Assembly: GCA_964566055.1 (NCBI GenBank)
Contig: CAZMHI010000022.1
Location: 213 to 64,212, forward strand
Reading direction: 5' to 3'
Length of the DNA: 64,000 nucleotides
From: an uncultured Rhodospirillaceae bacterium
GTDB lineage: Bacteria > Pseudomonadota > Alphaproteobacteria > Rhodospirillales > UBA2165
Shown here: positions 10,397 to 19,728 of the stretch, in pieces
Position numbering within the stretch: the stretch's first letter is position 1
Layout of the letters: every line of letters starts with the position of its first letter
Program-made: the position numbers and the translations under genes
The notes under the pieces: generated by a model
Told to the model about the DNA's origin: nothing
The model's database searches: none
Seen by the model: the letters and a program-made list of their open reading frames with translations, nothing else

Positions 10397-10885
10397 ATGA
10401 CATTTGACGCGCCAATTGCCGAGTGGCAGGAGCCGGTACAAGAAGGCTGGGTCGATTACAATGGCCACATGAATATTGCCTATCATACCTTGGTTTTTTT
10501 TAATGCCATCGATCAGTTTTATGAAATGATCGGCCTCGGGAAGCCCTACAAGGAAGCGCATGGCATGACCACCTTCGCCGTCGAAAGCCATGTCAGCTAT
10601 CAGCGCGAAGTAAAACTTGGTGATGAGGTTAAAGTTTCGATTCAGTTGCTGGGGCATGACGAAAAACGGCTGCACTATTTCTGCACAATGTCTCATGCGA
10701 CCGAAGGTTACCCCGTCGCGACCCAGGAATATCTGGTGCTGCATGTTGACCTGGCGACTAAAAAAGTGACGCCTTTCAAGTCGGATCCCGTGGAGAAAAT
10801 GGCTGCGCTGATGGAAGCGCATAAAGACCTGCCGATCCCGCCACAGATTTGCGGCAAAATGAAAATTCCGCCGCCTAAAAACTAG
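10397..10885 (+). CDS. Hot-dog thioesterase (4HBT/YbgC-like)
   Basis: WVDYNGHMN motif and ESHVSYQREV. Confidence 0.85.
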   Translation: MTFDAPIAEWQEPVQEGWVDYNGHMNIAYHTLVFFNAIDQFYEMIGLGKPYKEAHGMTTFAVESHVSYQREVKLGDEVKVSIQLLGHDEKRLHYFCTMSHATEGYPVATQEYLVLHVDLATKKVTPFKSDPVEKMAALMEAHKDLPIPPQICGKMKIPPPKN

Positions 10886-11487
10886 AGTGGCTGAAAACCG
10901 AGATGGGCGCGGAAGCGGTTTTTAATATGTACACCGTCGCGGGATGGCAGAACTTTTTCGACGTTTTCCGCTTTGATCTTAATCTGGGCAAATCGCAGAC
11001 CAGCATCGGTTGATTGCAGCTGTTGGCGGAACGGAGCGATTTCGTCCATTTCGGTAATCACTTCAGTATGGTCAAATTTGCAGGCCTGGGCGAGCTCGGC
11101 CAGGCTGACGCCATGAGCCGTATGGGTTAGCTGCATGCCTGTTTCGCCGTAGCGTTCATTATCCAGTACTGCGATGCTGAGATTTCGCGGTTGTTTGGCG
11201 CCGGTCGTCGCCAGTCCGCCAAGACCCATCAGCATTTCACCATCACCTGTGAGCACCAAAACTGGGCGTTCAGGTTGCGCCAAGGCGAGGCCAAGACCGA
11301 TCGTCGTGGCGCTGCCCATCGCTCCCCAGAGATAATAATTGGCGTCGTTGTCGCCGGCAGCCATGGCGTCATAGGCAGGGGAACCCAAGCCCGTAACGAC
11401 CAGTAGATCACCCCGGTCCTTTAACAATTCGGGCACGACTTTCCGGCGATCAAGCGTTCCTGTGCTTTCTGATGTCACTTCGCCCAT
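10882..11487 (-). CDS. TPP-binding subunit of sulfopyruvate/phosphonopyruvate decarboxylase-like enzyme (ComE-like)
   Basis: GAMGS, GDGEMLM...VLDNERYGETG TPP motif; overlaps the alpha-subunit stop. Confidence 0.8.
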   Translation of the reverse strand: MGEVTSESTGTLDRRKVVPELLKDRGDLLVVTGLGSPAYDAMAAGDNDANYYLWGAMGSATTIGLGLALAQPERPVLVLTGDGEMLMGLGGLATTGAKQPRNLSIAVLDNERYGETGMQLTHTAHGVSLAELAQACKFDHTEVITEMDEIAPFRQQLQSTDAGLRFAQIKIKAENVEKVLPSRDGVHIKNRFRAHLGFQPL

Positions 11488-12014
11488 TCCTTTCTGCCGA
11501 TCATGCGCTGCGAAAACAACACCGCGGCGGCGAGATCGCCATTGAAAACCGTATCAGCGACAGCTGAAACGAGTTCAGCGGCCTCATCTGTTTGCTCGGC
11601 GCGATAGACCATAACATCCATCAGCTCAAAAGCTTGTTCCGTAACACTGGCCATCGGCTTCTGCCAGCCGTTAAACTCGGCCCATTCGCCGCGCATCGTT
11701 ACCAAGGTCAAAAAAGGAAACCGGGCACTCTGAACCAGCGACAGCGTATTAATGCAATTGCCAACGCCGCTTGACTGCATCAGCAGAACACCACGCTCGC
11801 CCCCCAACCAGGCACCGAGCAGCAAGCCGATACCCTCTTCCTCTGTGGTCAGCACGGTGGCTTCTATGCTTGGTTCTGCATTCGCACGTTCGATCAAACG
11901 CGAATGTCCGGTATCGGGCACATAGACAACATGTTTGATATTGGCCGCCAGCAGCGCATCGAAAACCTGATCCGACCAGATATCTATAGTGTCAGGCTGA
12001 TCATTATTCAGCAT
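11475..12014 (-). CDS. PYR-domain subunit of sulfopyruvate/phosphonopyruvate decarboxylase-like enzyme (ComD-like)
   Basis: YVPD, TTEEEG and MQSSGVGNCIN motifs; ATG 12014 chosen from a GGAG RBS. Confidence 0.8.
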   Translation of the reverse strand: MLNNDQPDTIDIWSDQVFDALLAANIKHVVYVPDTGHSRLIERANAEPSIEATVLTTEEEGIGLLLGAWLGGERGVLLMQSSGVGNCINTLSLVQSARFPFLTLVTMRGEWAEFNGWQKPMASVTEQAFELMDVMVYRAEQTDEAAELVSAVADTVFNGDLAAAVLFSQRMIGRKEWAK

Positions 12015-12111
12015 TAAGGGTAACTCCAAGGGCGGCGTCCAAGCCAAAATGTTTCAACCGCTAATAAATCTTGCTTAGACCTATTCTTCAAATATAATTC
12101 TTGTAAATGAG

Positions 12112-12128
12112 TTATGCCAAAACGGTAA
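12112..12128 (-). promoter_or_regulatory. LysR-1 box in the LysR/ComD-like divergent region
   Basis: TTACCGTTTTGGCATAA; same T-N11-A and GGCATA half site. Confidence 0.7.
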
Positions 12129-12156
12129 ATCGATCAATTGCCTGGGAGTTAATACT

Positions 12157-13080
12157 TTGAATTTCCGTCAACTTCGCACCTTGGTGCATATTGGCGAGCT
12201 TGGCAGCCTAAGTAAGGCTGCAGACCGGTTGCATGTCGCTCAACCGGCTTTGAGCCGGCAAATCAGAGCGCTTGAAGAAGAGATAGGCACGCCGCTCTTC
12301 ACCCGCCACGGCCGGGGTATGGTGCTGACCCAAACCGGCGAGCTTCTGGTAGAACGGGCGAATAATATCCTTCGCCAAGTGGAGGAAGCCCGGGCTGACG
12401 CCATATCATCGGGGGGCTGGGTGCGAGGCAATGTGGTGATCGGCATGCCGCCAACCGTTGTTGATATTCTGGCAGGACGTTTGGCCAAGGAATTTGCCGA
12501 TCGGCATCCAGATGTTAAATTGCGGTTTGTCTCTGCCTTCACGAGCTATTTGATCGAAGGGCTGCAGAAAAGAAACATCGATCTGGCTATTCTCTATGAT
12601 CCGAAATCCCATGGCAGCTTGCACATTGAGCCCTTGTTGCAGGAAGAGCTTTTTTTGGTGGCACCGGGTAAGGCAAAATTATCGCTCAAAAAACCCAAAT
12701 CTTTTACCAACCTCTCAGCTGAAACATTATTGCTGCCGGGCGGCCAGCACAGCATACGGCAATTGGTCGAGCACCATGCCAGGGATGCCGAGTGCGAGCT
12801 TAATGTCACCCTGGAAGCAGACTCTTTGAGCTTGCTGAAAAATTTCGTCTCCCTTGAACTGGGCAGCACCATCTTGCCGCTGCCTTCGGTCTACCCCGAA
12901 ATCGAAGCGGGTTCTCTCAGTGCCGCCCCAATCAAGGACCCAACGCCAACGCGCACGCTGGTGCTGGCAACAGCAACAGACCGCGCCGTTTCAAATGCCA
13001 CCCAACGCGCCATCGATATGATCAAGCAGGACGTTGCCGAAATGGTTGAAAAAAATATTTGGGTCGGAGTGCCTCTTTGA
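12157..13080 (+). CDS. LysR-family transcriptional regulator (LysR-1)
   Basis: N-terminal HTH SLSKAADRLHVAQPALSRQIRALEEE; 307 aa; divergent from the ComDE-like operon. Confidence 0.95.
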   Translation: MNFRQLRTLVHIGELGSLSKAADRLHVAQPALSRQIRALEEEIGTPLFTRHGRGMVLTQTGELLVERANNILRQVEEARADAISSGGWVRGNVVIGMPPTVVDILAGRLAKEFADRHPDVKLRFVSAFTSYLIEGLQKRNIDLAILYDPKSHGSLHIEPLLQEELFLVAPGKAKLSLKKPKSFTNLSAETLLLPGGQHSIRQLVEHHARDAECELNVTLEADSLSLLKNFVSLELGSTILPLPSVYPEIEAGSLSAAPIKDPTPTRTLVLATATDRAVSNATQRAIDMIKQDVAEMVEKNIWVGVPL

Positions 13081-13103
13081 GTGTGAGCGGCGGCCTCATC
13101 AGC

Positions 13104-13129
13104 AATAACAAAACGGCATAGTTGATTGA
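13104..13129 (+). promoter_or_regulatory. LysR-1 box upstream of the CocE operon
   Basis: AATAACAAAACGGCATAGTTGATTGA. Confidence 0.75.
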
Positions 13130-13207
13130 AACAAACAACATTTGAAGGAATAGCCCGACAGCATTAATCATAGCGGGCTGAAAAACTGTAAGGGAGAATA
13201 AGGCCTC

Positions 13208-14917
13208 ATGCCATCAAGTAAGCCGGGATCAGAAAAAAAGTATACAATGACGGAAGCACGAGACGTCATGGTGCCGATGCGCGATGGCGTTAATGTCGCC
13301 GTTGATGTCTTCAGGCCGGATGACGGCGGAAAATTTCCAGCCCTGCTGGCCATGTCGCCATACAGCAAGGGCATCCAGTCTATGCCGCTTGCCATTCAAC
13401 CTGACCGGTCGCCGATCCACCACACGCCGACCGAGGCTGGCAATCCGGTCTATTTTGCCGAGCATGGCTATGTCCATATCATCGCCGATGTGCGTGGCAT
13501 TGGCCAATCGGAAGGTGAATATCTCGGCTGGATGTCCGAACAAGAAGCCCAGGATGGACATGATTTGATTGAGTGGGCTGCCGAGCAACCCTGGTGTGAC
13601 GGCAATGTCGGCATGGTCGGCATATCCTATTTCGGCACCATTCAGCTTCCCGTTGCCGCTCAACAGCCGCCTCATCTTAAAGCCATCATGCCGTGGAATG
13701 CGCCGGCTGATTTTTACCGCGAGTCGACCCATCACGGCGGCATTCTGCAGAGTTTCTTTCATTACCTGTATATCCAGCGGATTTGCGCCGACAACTCTAC
13801 CTCGGTGACAGTAAAAGAGAATTCGCCCGAAGAGTTGAAGCGCATCGTCGCTGAGCTTAAAGCTGATCCCCAGATCGCGATCAATCCCGAAATATTCACC
13901 TATGTCGACAGTCCGGGTAAAGCGCCAAACTATTTTGATATTGTCGCCAATCCGCTGGATGGGCCCTATTATTGGGAGCGCTCGCCCCGCACCATGTATG
14001 ACAAGATAAAAATCCCGTCCTGGTGCCGCTCGGGCTGGTGGGCCTACGCCCATATGCATTTGGTTGGCGCTTTCCATAACTACAATGGCATTGATGCGCC
14101 GAAAAAACTTGAGATCGATGCGCCGGTGGTCGAGAAACGCCCGCTGCCGGATGAGTATTGCGAGGAAGTGCTGCGCTGGTACGATTACTGGCTCAAGGGC
14201 ATCGATACCGGCATCATGGATGAGCAGCCGATCCGCTTTTTCGTCAATGGTACCGAAGAATGGCGTTACGAGGATGAATGGCCGCTGGCCCGCACTGAAT
14301 GGTCAAAACTGTATCTCCGGCGCTGGGAGGAACTTTCCTGGGAGCCGGAAGAAGTGGCCGGTAAACCGGACGCTTTTGTTCAGCAACCGCCCGACGAAGT
14401 GTTGGAGTCCAATGTGCTCAAATATGAAACAAATGTCTTCAAAGAGGATATGGAGATCACCGGACCTGCTTCAATTACTCTTTATGCCTCGATTGACCAG
14501 GCAGATACCCATTGGATTGTCTCGCTGCGGGACGTCTACCCGGATGGCAGCCAGCAAGAATTAAGCAAAGGATTTTTGAAGGCCTCGCACCGGGCGGTCG
14601 ATGAAGAGAAATCTAAACCCTATGATATTTTCCACCCTCATCTTGAAGAAGTACCGGTTAAACCCGGCGAAATTTGCGAATATGCCATTTCAATGGCGCC
14701 GCTATCGAACATTTTTCAAGCGGGTCATAAAATTAGGATCGTTATTTCATCGCTCGACCATGCGCGCTCGCGCGACTATGAGTTAGCCCCGGAATCGCTT
14801 GGCCGAACCCATGCGCCGTGGCATATCAGCTGTGCGGATACGGTTCTGCACAAAATATACCATGATGAAGATCATCCCTCACATCTGCTATTGCCGGTTA
14901 TCCCGGCAAAGGCGTAG
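13208..14917 (+). CDS. CocE/NonD family hydrolase (peptidase S15 fold)
   Basis: VPMRDG start, DVRGIGQSEG, WCDGNVGMVGISYFG nucleophile elbow, C-terminal PepX-like domain; no signal peptide. Confidence 0.9.
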   Translation: MPSSKPGSEKKYTMTEARDVMVPMRDGVNVAVDVFRPDDGGKFPALLAMSPYSKGIQSMPLAIQPDRSPIHHTPTEAGNPVYFAEHGYVHIIADVRGIGQSEGEYLGWMSEQEAQDGHDLIEWAAEQPWCDGNVGMVGISYFGTIQLPVAAQQPPHLKAIMPWNAPADFYRESTHHGGILQSFFHYLYIQRICADNSTSVTVKENSPEELKRIVAELKADPQIAINPEIFTYVDSPGKAPNYFDIVANPLDGPYYWERSPRTMYDKIKIPSWCRSGWWAYAHMHLVGAFHNYNGIDAPKKLEIDAPVVEKRPLPDEYCEEVLRWYDYWLKGIDTGIMDEQPIRFFVNGTEEWRYEDEWPLARTEWSKLYLRRWEELSWEPEEVAGKPDAFVQQPPDEVLESNVLKYETNVFKEDMEITGPASITLYASIDQADTHWIVSLRDVYPDGSQQELSKGFLKASHRAVDEEKSKPYDIFHPHLEEVPVKPGEICEYAISMAPLSNIFQAGHKIRIVISSLDHARSRDYELAPESLGRTHAPWHISCADTVLHKIYHDEDHPSHLLLPVIPAKA

Positions 14918-14944
14918 TCTGACGTATAAAAGAAGGAAAAGAGA

Positions 14945-15634
14945 ATGACTGTAAAAATAGATTTGAAACTGCAACTCGCTGGGGAAGGCGAAATTGATTA
15001 TGTGCTCAACAATATCATCATCGGCGGCCTGACCGGTATTGATGTTGAGGCGATCGAAAAGCATCTGGACGAACTGGCAGAAATCGGTGTCACCCGGCCG
15101 AGCGCCATCCCGCTGTTTTTCCGCGCTGCGGCAGACATGGTCAGCACGGCTGATGATATTCAAGTGATCGGTACAGATACCAGCGGCGAGGCCGAGTTTG
15201 TCTTGCTTGGGACCGATGATGGTATGCTGGTCGGTGTCGGCTCAGATCATACCGACCGCAAAGTCGAAGCTTATTCGATCGCGGTGTCCAAGCAAATGTG
15301 CCCCAAAGTAATGGCGCCGGAAGTATGGAAATATGAAGACGTCAAAGATCACTTTGGACAATTGACCATACGTTCCTGGGCCACCGAAGGCGGCGAAAAG
15401 CGGCTTTATCAGGAATGCACGGCGGCTGATTTCCTGGCGCCGGATGTGGCGCTGCCGCAATGCTGCGATGGCGCGACGACATTGCCTGCCGGCACACTTT
15501 ATTACGGCGGCACCGGGGCGGCGATTGGCGGCGTCAAACCAGCCGACCGCTTTGATTATGAGATTGAAGACCCGGTTCTTGGGCGGAAAATAAGTCATGG
15601 CTATGACGTTACTTCGATACCGTTTGTTGTATAA
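14945..15634 (+). CDS. DUF2848 family protein
   Basis: TSGEAEF, VGVGSDHTDRKVEAYSIAVSKQMCPK. Confidence 0.85.
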   Translation: MTVKIDLKLQLAGEGEIDYVLNNIIIGGLTGIDVEAIEKHLDELAEIGVTRPSAIPLFFRAAADMVSTADDIQVIGTDTSGEAEFVLLGTDDGMLVGVGSDHTDRKVEAYSIAVSKQMCPKVMAPEVWKYEDVKDHFGQLTIRSWATEGGEKRLYQECTAADFLAPDVALPQCCDGATTLPAGTLYYGGTGAAIGGVKPADRFDYEIEDPVLGRKISHGYDVTSIPFVV

Positions 15635-15658
15635 TTTAAATACCAAAGGAGAAACGCA

Positions 15659-16045
15659 ATGGATAATACAAAAGTACTGGATGAATTTCACGAAGTCGAT
15701 TTGAGCACGGGCTGGAAAGTGCCTGATGGCTATCCCGAGGGCATTGAAGAACTCATTCTTGCTGGCGGGCTCAACGAAGAGGCCGGCACCGGCAGCCAAA
15801 CCCGCTTGCTGCGTATCAAGGCCGGCGTTTATACCACCGAACCTTTCGTTCATGATTATTGGGAAGAGGTTTATGTCATCTCCGGTGATCTCACAATGGG
15901 CAGCGATCAACAAGGTGAAGGCGGCGAAAGTTTCGGGCCAAACTCCTACGCCTGCCGGCCGCCGCATAACCCGCACGGGCCGTTCAAAACGGAAGGTGGC
16001 TGCATGTTGTATGAAATTCACTATTTCGATGAAGCCAAAGCTTAA
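15659..16045 (+). CDS. Cupin-domain protein (ChrR-like cupin)
   Basis: HDYWEEVYVISG and RPPHNPHGPF cupin motifs; AAGGAG RBS. Confidence 0.85.
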   Translation: MDNTKVLDEFHEVDLSTGWKVPDGYPEGIEELILAGGLNEEAGTGSQTRLLRIKAGVYTTEPFVHDYWEEVYVISGDLTMGSDQQGEGGESFGPNSYACRPPHNPHGPFKTEGGCMLYEIHYFDEAKA

Positions 16046-16076
16046 TTACCAATAACCACCAATTTTAGCATAAATC

Positions 16077-16115
16077 ACCCGCCCTTCGGCCTAATCGCTG
16101 AGGGGCGGGTTTTTT
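16077..16115 (+). terminator. Rho-independent terminator
   Basis: ACCCGCCCTTCGGC-ctaatc-GCTGAGGGGCGGGT stem (G-U pairs) followed by a T run; marks the left edge of the glycan island. Confidence 0.9.
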
Positions 16116-16293
16116 ATTTGAGGTGTTCTCAAAGTATAATTTGGGCTATTTAATTGGCGTGTAAGTAGCATTTTAACCACTCCGTGCTATAAGAGAATTT
16201 AAGATAAGCAAAATAGAGGGTTAGATAATTTTCGAGGACGTCAATTGGGTTAGCCTCTAAAATTACGAGTAGTTTTCCCATATCAGGAGAGAT

Positions 16294-17094
16294 GTGATGG
16301 CTAAAAAAAATGAGGAATTTGCACTTAAAGACCCGGTGACAGGTTCTGTTGTTACCATGGATTATGCCAGCTCGGACGAGCGGTCTGCCCGTGATGAGCT
16401 ACTGAATTCGTTTCGCGACTCTCCGATACCCGATCACTCTGTTTTAGCCAACCTAGGTCTGCATCTCACTTCAAAAACTTTTTCACGGCTGCTTTTTATG
16501 AACGAATTCTACAAAATGGGCCTGGACGTGATGGGGCAGGTTTTTGATTTTGGCACCCGATGGGGTCACAATATGGCAATCTTTATCGCTTGCCGGGGTA
16601 TGTATGAACCTTTCAACAGACACAGAAAAATTGTCGGCTTCGATACGTTTGGCGGATTTCCAACAGTGATTACAGAGGAAGACGGGCAGTCGGAAATGAT
16701 TGATGTTGGAAATATTTCCGTAACAGAGGACTACAAACCTTATCTCGATGAACATCTCAGTTTGTTAGAAAAAAATAATGCATTGCCGCATTTAAAGAAG
16801 TTTGAGCTTATGCAGGGTGATGCCTCGGAAACTATTAAGACCTATTTTGCTGATAATCCCCACGCCTTGGTATCACACGCTTTTTTTGATTTTGACCTCT
16901 ACAAGCCCACGAGAGATTGTTTGGAAGCAGTTTGGGAGCGAGCGCCCAAGGGGGCTGTTTTTGGGTTTGACGAAATAAACGATGAAGATTCTCCAGGTGA
17001 AACCCAGGCGCTTATGGAAATCGTAGGTGTATCCTCGATCAAACTCCAAAAATTTCCCTGGGTAAGTAGAGTTTCTTATTTTGTGAAAGACTAA
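16294..17094 (+). CDS. TylF/MycF-family sugar O-methyltransferase-like protein
   Basis: DFGTRWG SAM motif, GFDTFGGFP, FFDFDLY and FGFDE motifs. Confidence 0.8.
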   Translation: MMAKKNEEFALKDPVTGSVVTMDYASSDERSARDELLNSFRDSPIPDHSVLANLGLHLTSKTFSRLLFMNEFYKMGLDVMGQVFDFGTRWGHNMAIFIACRGMYEPFNRHRKIVGFDTFGGFPTVITEEDGQSEMIDVGNISVTEDYKPYLDEHLSLLEKNNALPHLKKFELMQGDASETIKTYFADNPHALVSHAFFDFDLYKPTRDCLEAVWERAPKGAVFGFDEINDEDSPGETQALMEIVGVSSIKLQKFPWVSRVSYFVKD

Positions 17095-17096
17095 GT

Positions 17097-17888
17097 ATGG
17101 CTGAAGGGTCCTTCAAGAGCGCCACCAATTCTGTTCGAAGAAAAATTCTGACCGCTATTACAAAATCCGGCAAAGGACATATCGGCGGCGCCCTCAGCTG
17201 CACGGACGTACTGTATTATTTATTTAGCGAGCAGATAGTTCATATATCACAGCCTGGTGAAAATACCGCCAGACCGTTGGTTATGAGCAAAGGTCATTCA
17301 ACTACTGCCTTACTGGCGGTCATAGACGAATTGCAAAACACCAGCTCACTTGAGCCTTACAACACCAACGGATCTTTGCGTGGCAACAATCCGTCTGAAC
17401 TCGTTGAAGGGGTTGAGTTTCATACCGGTTCACTGGGACACGGACCGGGTCTTGGAGCCGGCGTAGCACTGGCGAAAAGGTTGAGTGGCGACGACAATGC
17501 CGTCTGCATTCTAATGAGTGACGGAGAATTAAACGAAGGCTCCGTATGGGAAGCTTTTCAGTTCATTTCCAAGCACCAGCTGAATGTTTCGATATTGATC
17601 GATAACAACAATCAAATTTGTGAAGACTTTCTTGAGGATGTGTCTCCGCAGATGGATTTTAAAAGTATATTTGAGGGTCTTGGCTACGAATATTGTGAAC
17701 TGGATGGCCATTCCCCAAGCGACCTGCAAAACCTCCGGCCCTGGATTTTAGAGCGTCAGGCCCCGCGAGTTTGCTGCTTAAAAACGGTAAAGGGAAAAGG
17801 GGTTAGTTTTATGGAAAGCGTTCTCAAATGGCACCACAGCATTCCAGACGACGCCTTGTTCAAACAAGCAATGGAAGAACTGAAATAA
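17097..17888 (+). CDS. Transketolase-like enzyme, N-terminal (TPP-binding) subunit
   Basis: GHIGGALS, SKGH, TGSLGHG, SDGELNEGSVWE...DNN, WHH. Confidence 0.9.
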   Translation: MAEGSFKSATNSVRRKILTAITKSGKGHIGGALSCTDVLYYLFSEQIVHISQPGENTARPLVMSKGHSTTALLAVIDELQNTSSLEPYNTNGSLRGNNPSELVEGVEFHTGSLGHGPGLGAGVALAKRLSGDDNAVCILMSDGELNEGSVWEAFQFISKHQLNVSILIDNNNQICEDFLEDVSPQMDFKSIFEGLGYEYCELDGHSPSDLQNLRPWILERQAPRVCCLKTVKGKGVSFMESVLKWHHSIPDDALFKQAMEELK

Positions 17889-17889
17889 T

Positions 17890-18747
17890 ATGAACGATTT
17901 AAGGGATGCCTTTTTTGAAGCATTCATTGAGCTTTCCGTCTCAAATGAAAAGATTGTCCTGCTGAGCGTTGATATGGGTTCGCAGATCATCCAGAGCAAA
18001 GGTCATTTGCTGGGTGAACGCTACATTAATGTTGGTGTCAGTGAGCAAAATGCCGTTACCTTGGCTGCCGGACTCGCCTCACAAGGCTTTATTCCGTTTG
18101 TTTACGGCATCAGCTCTTTTTTGATAAACCGGCCTCGGGCCCAAATTCGTCATGACGCCATCATCGCCAACAACAATATTAATCTTATCGGGTCCGGGCC
18201 GGGATTGGCTTATGATTTAGACGGCCCCAGTCACCACTGCCTTGACGATATACAATTGATGCGCAGTTTGCCCGGCATAAAAATCTTCTCTCCGTTTGAC
18301 GCCGCGACCGCCGCATTAGCAGCTCAGGATAGTGCCAAATCTAATTGCACGACTTATTGCAGACTTGATAAAGGTTCCTATCCGCCACGATCCGAATCGT
18401 TAAATAATTTAGGGGATTTGTATATTAATCCTGGTGATCCTGAGAACTGGATAATTTCATCAGGTGTGGTTGCTCATAAAATAGACGAGGAAGACGGGCG
18501 CTCCGAAATGATCGTCTTTGCGGTGAAGGAAACAACTGGCAGTCAAATTGCCGATGAAATTCCAGAAAATGCGACCATCTCTATAAACGAGGAAGCTCAT
18601 ACTTCAGGCGGCATTCTCTCTCTGATCGCTGAAGCCAATTTGCTACATAATAAAAACTGGACATTTATTGGACCGAAATTTGAAAATAAATTTGTTCAAG
18701 AGAAATGGCCAAGAGACAAATTATTTGAGCTCTATCGCGAAAATTAG
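17890..18747 (+). CDS. Transketolase-like enzyme, pyrimidine-binding/C-terminal subunit
   Basis: NVGVSEQN, DGPSHH, YCRL; divergent, short C-terminal domain. Confidence 0.85.
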   Translation: MNDLRDAFFEAFIELSVSNEKIVLLSVDMGSQIIQSKGHLLGERYINVGVSEQNAVTLAAGLASQGFIPFVYGISSFLINRPRAQIRHDAIIANNNINLIGSGPGLAYDLDGPSHHCLDDIQLMRSLPGIKIFSPFDAATAALAAQDSAKSNCTTYCRLDKGSYPPRSESLNNLGDLYINPGDPENWIISSGVVAHKIDEEDGRSEMIVFAVKETTGSQIADEIPENATISINEEAHTSGGILSLIAEANLLHNKNWTFIGPKFENKFVQEKWPRDKLFELYREN

Positions 18748-18770
18748 ATCGCCTGTCTCTCCCTAATTAG

Positions 18771-19727
18771 TTACATTTGCTCCCGGTACCACTCGATGGT
18801 ACGGCTGAAGCCTTCGGCCAAACTGGTCGTGGTCTCGAAGCCCAGCTGTCCCCTGGCGCGTGAGCCATCCATCAATCGCACCGGTATGGTTGACGGTTTT
18901 TCAGGATCGAACCGGATATCGGCATCTTCAAATCCATCCACCTCCAAGGCGGTTTGCAAAATACCTTTGATAGATATGCCGGTGCCCGAGCAAATATTTA
19001 ATTCATCATAAAAATCGCACTTCTCGACCGCCAACATCAAGCCATCCAAAAAATCGGATATATAGATCAAATCGCGGACATCTTCGCCAGTACCCCATAC
19101 TTCCAGCGGATTATGCCGCTCCACCACCCGCCGTATCATTGCTGCCGTTACATGGGAAGTGGCAAAATCGAATTTATCATAAGGTCCGTAAATGTTAGAT
19201 GGACGGATGACCAAAGTGGACATGGGTGAGCTAATTTTAGTGGCATAAGTGCGGCAAAGAATTTCGGCATAGCGTTTCATCCAGGCCACCGGATAATAAA
19301 CATCCACCGGATCCGCATCGAACATTTCCTCTTCCGCTACTGGGCGGTCTCCGGTCGGCGGGTAGGCGGCACCGCTGCTGATAAAGACGAACTTTTTGAC
19401 ATCCACTTCATAGGCGGCTTCCAGAAGATGAGCGTTCATGACCACGTTTGGTGTCACATGTACTAAGGGTGTCGTCGCCATAACGGCCGCTCCTGAAGTA
19501 TTGGCGGCACAATGAAAAACATAATCAACACCGTCGACAGCGTTCTGGCAGGCGTTGAGATCACGCAGATCGGCGTTTAGGGTTTCTATATTTTCAGTCG
19601 ATATTTGTAGGGGTTTCTGGTGTATGGTCGCCCTCACCTGGGCACCTTCTTCGAGCAGACGGAGTAGGAGGTTCGTGGCGATAAATCCAGCGCCACCGGT
19701 AACCAAAACTTTTGCACCTTTCAACAT
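18771..19727 (-). CDS. Fcl-like NAD(P)-dependent epimerase/reductase (extended SDR), atypical active site
   Basis: TGGAGFIA, RPSNIYGPYD, SHV; VAWMK in place of YxxxK. Confidence 0.85.
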   Translation of the reverse strand: MLKGAKVLVTGGAGFIATNLLLRLLEEGAQVRATIHQKPLQISTENIETLNADLRDLNACQNAVDGVDYVFHCAANTSGAAVMATTPLVHVTPNVVMNAHLLEAAYEVDVKKFVFISSGAAYPPTGDRPVAEEEMFDADPVDVYYPVAWMKRYAEILCRTYATKISSPMSTLVIRPSNIYGPYDKFDFATSHVTAAMIRRVVERHNPLEVWGTGEDVRDLIYISDFLDGLMLAVEKCDFYDELNICSGTGISIKGILQTALEVDGFEDADIRFDPEKPSTIPVRLMDGSRARGQLGFETTTSLAEGFSRTIEWYREQM

Positions 19728-19728
19728 A

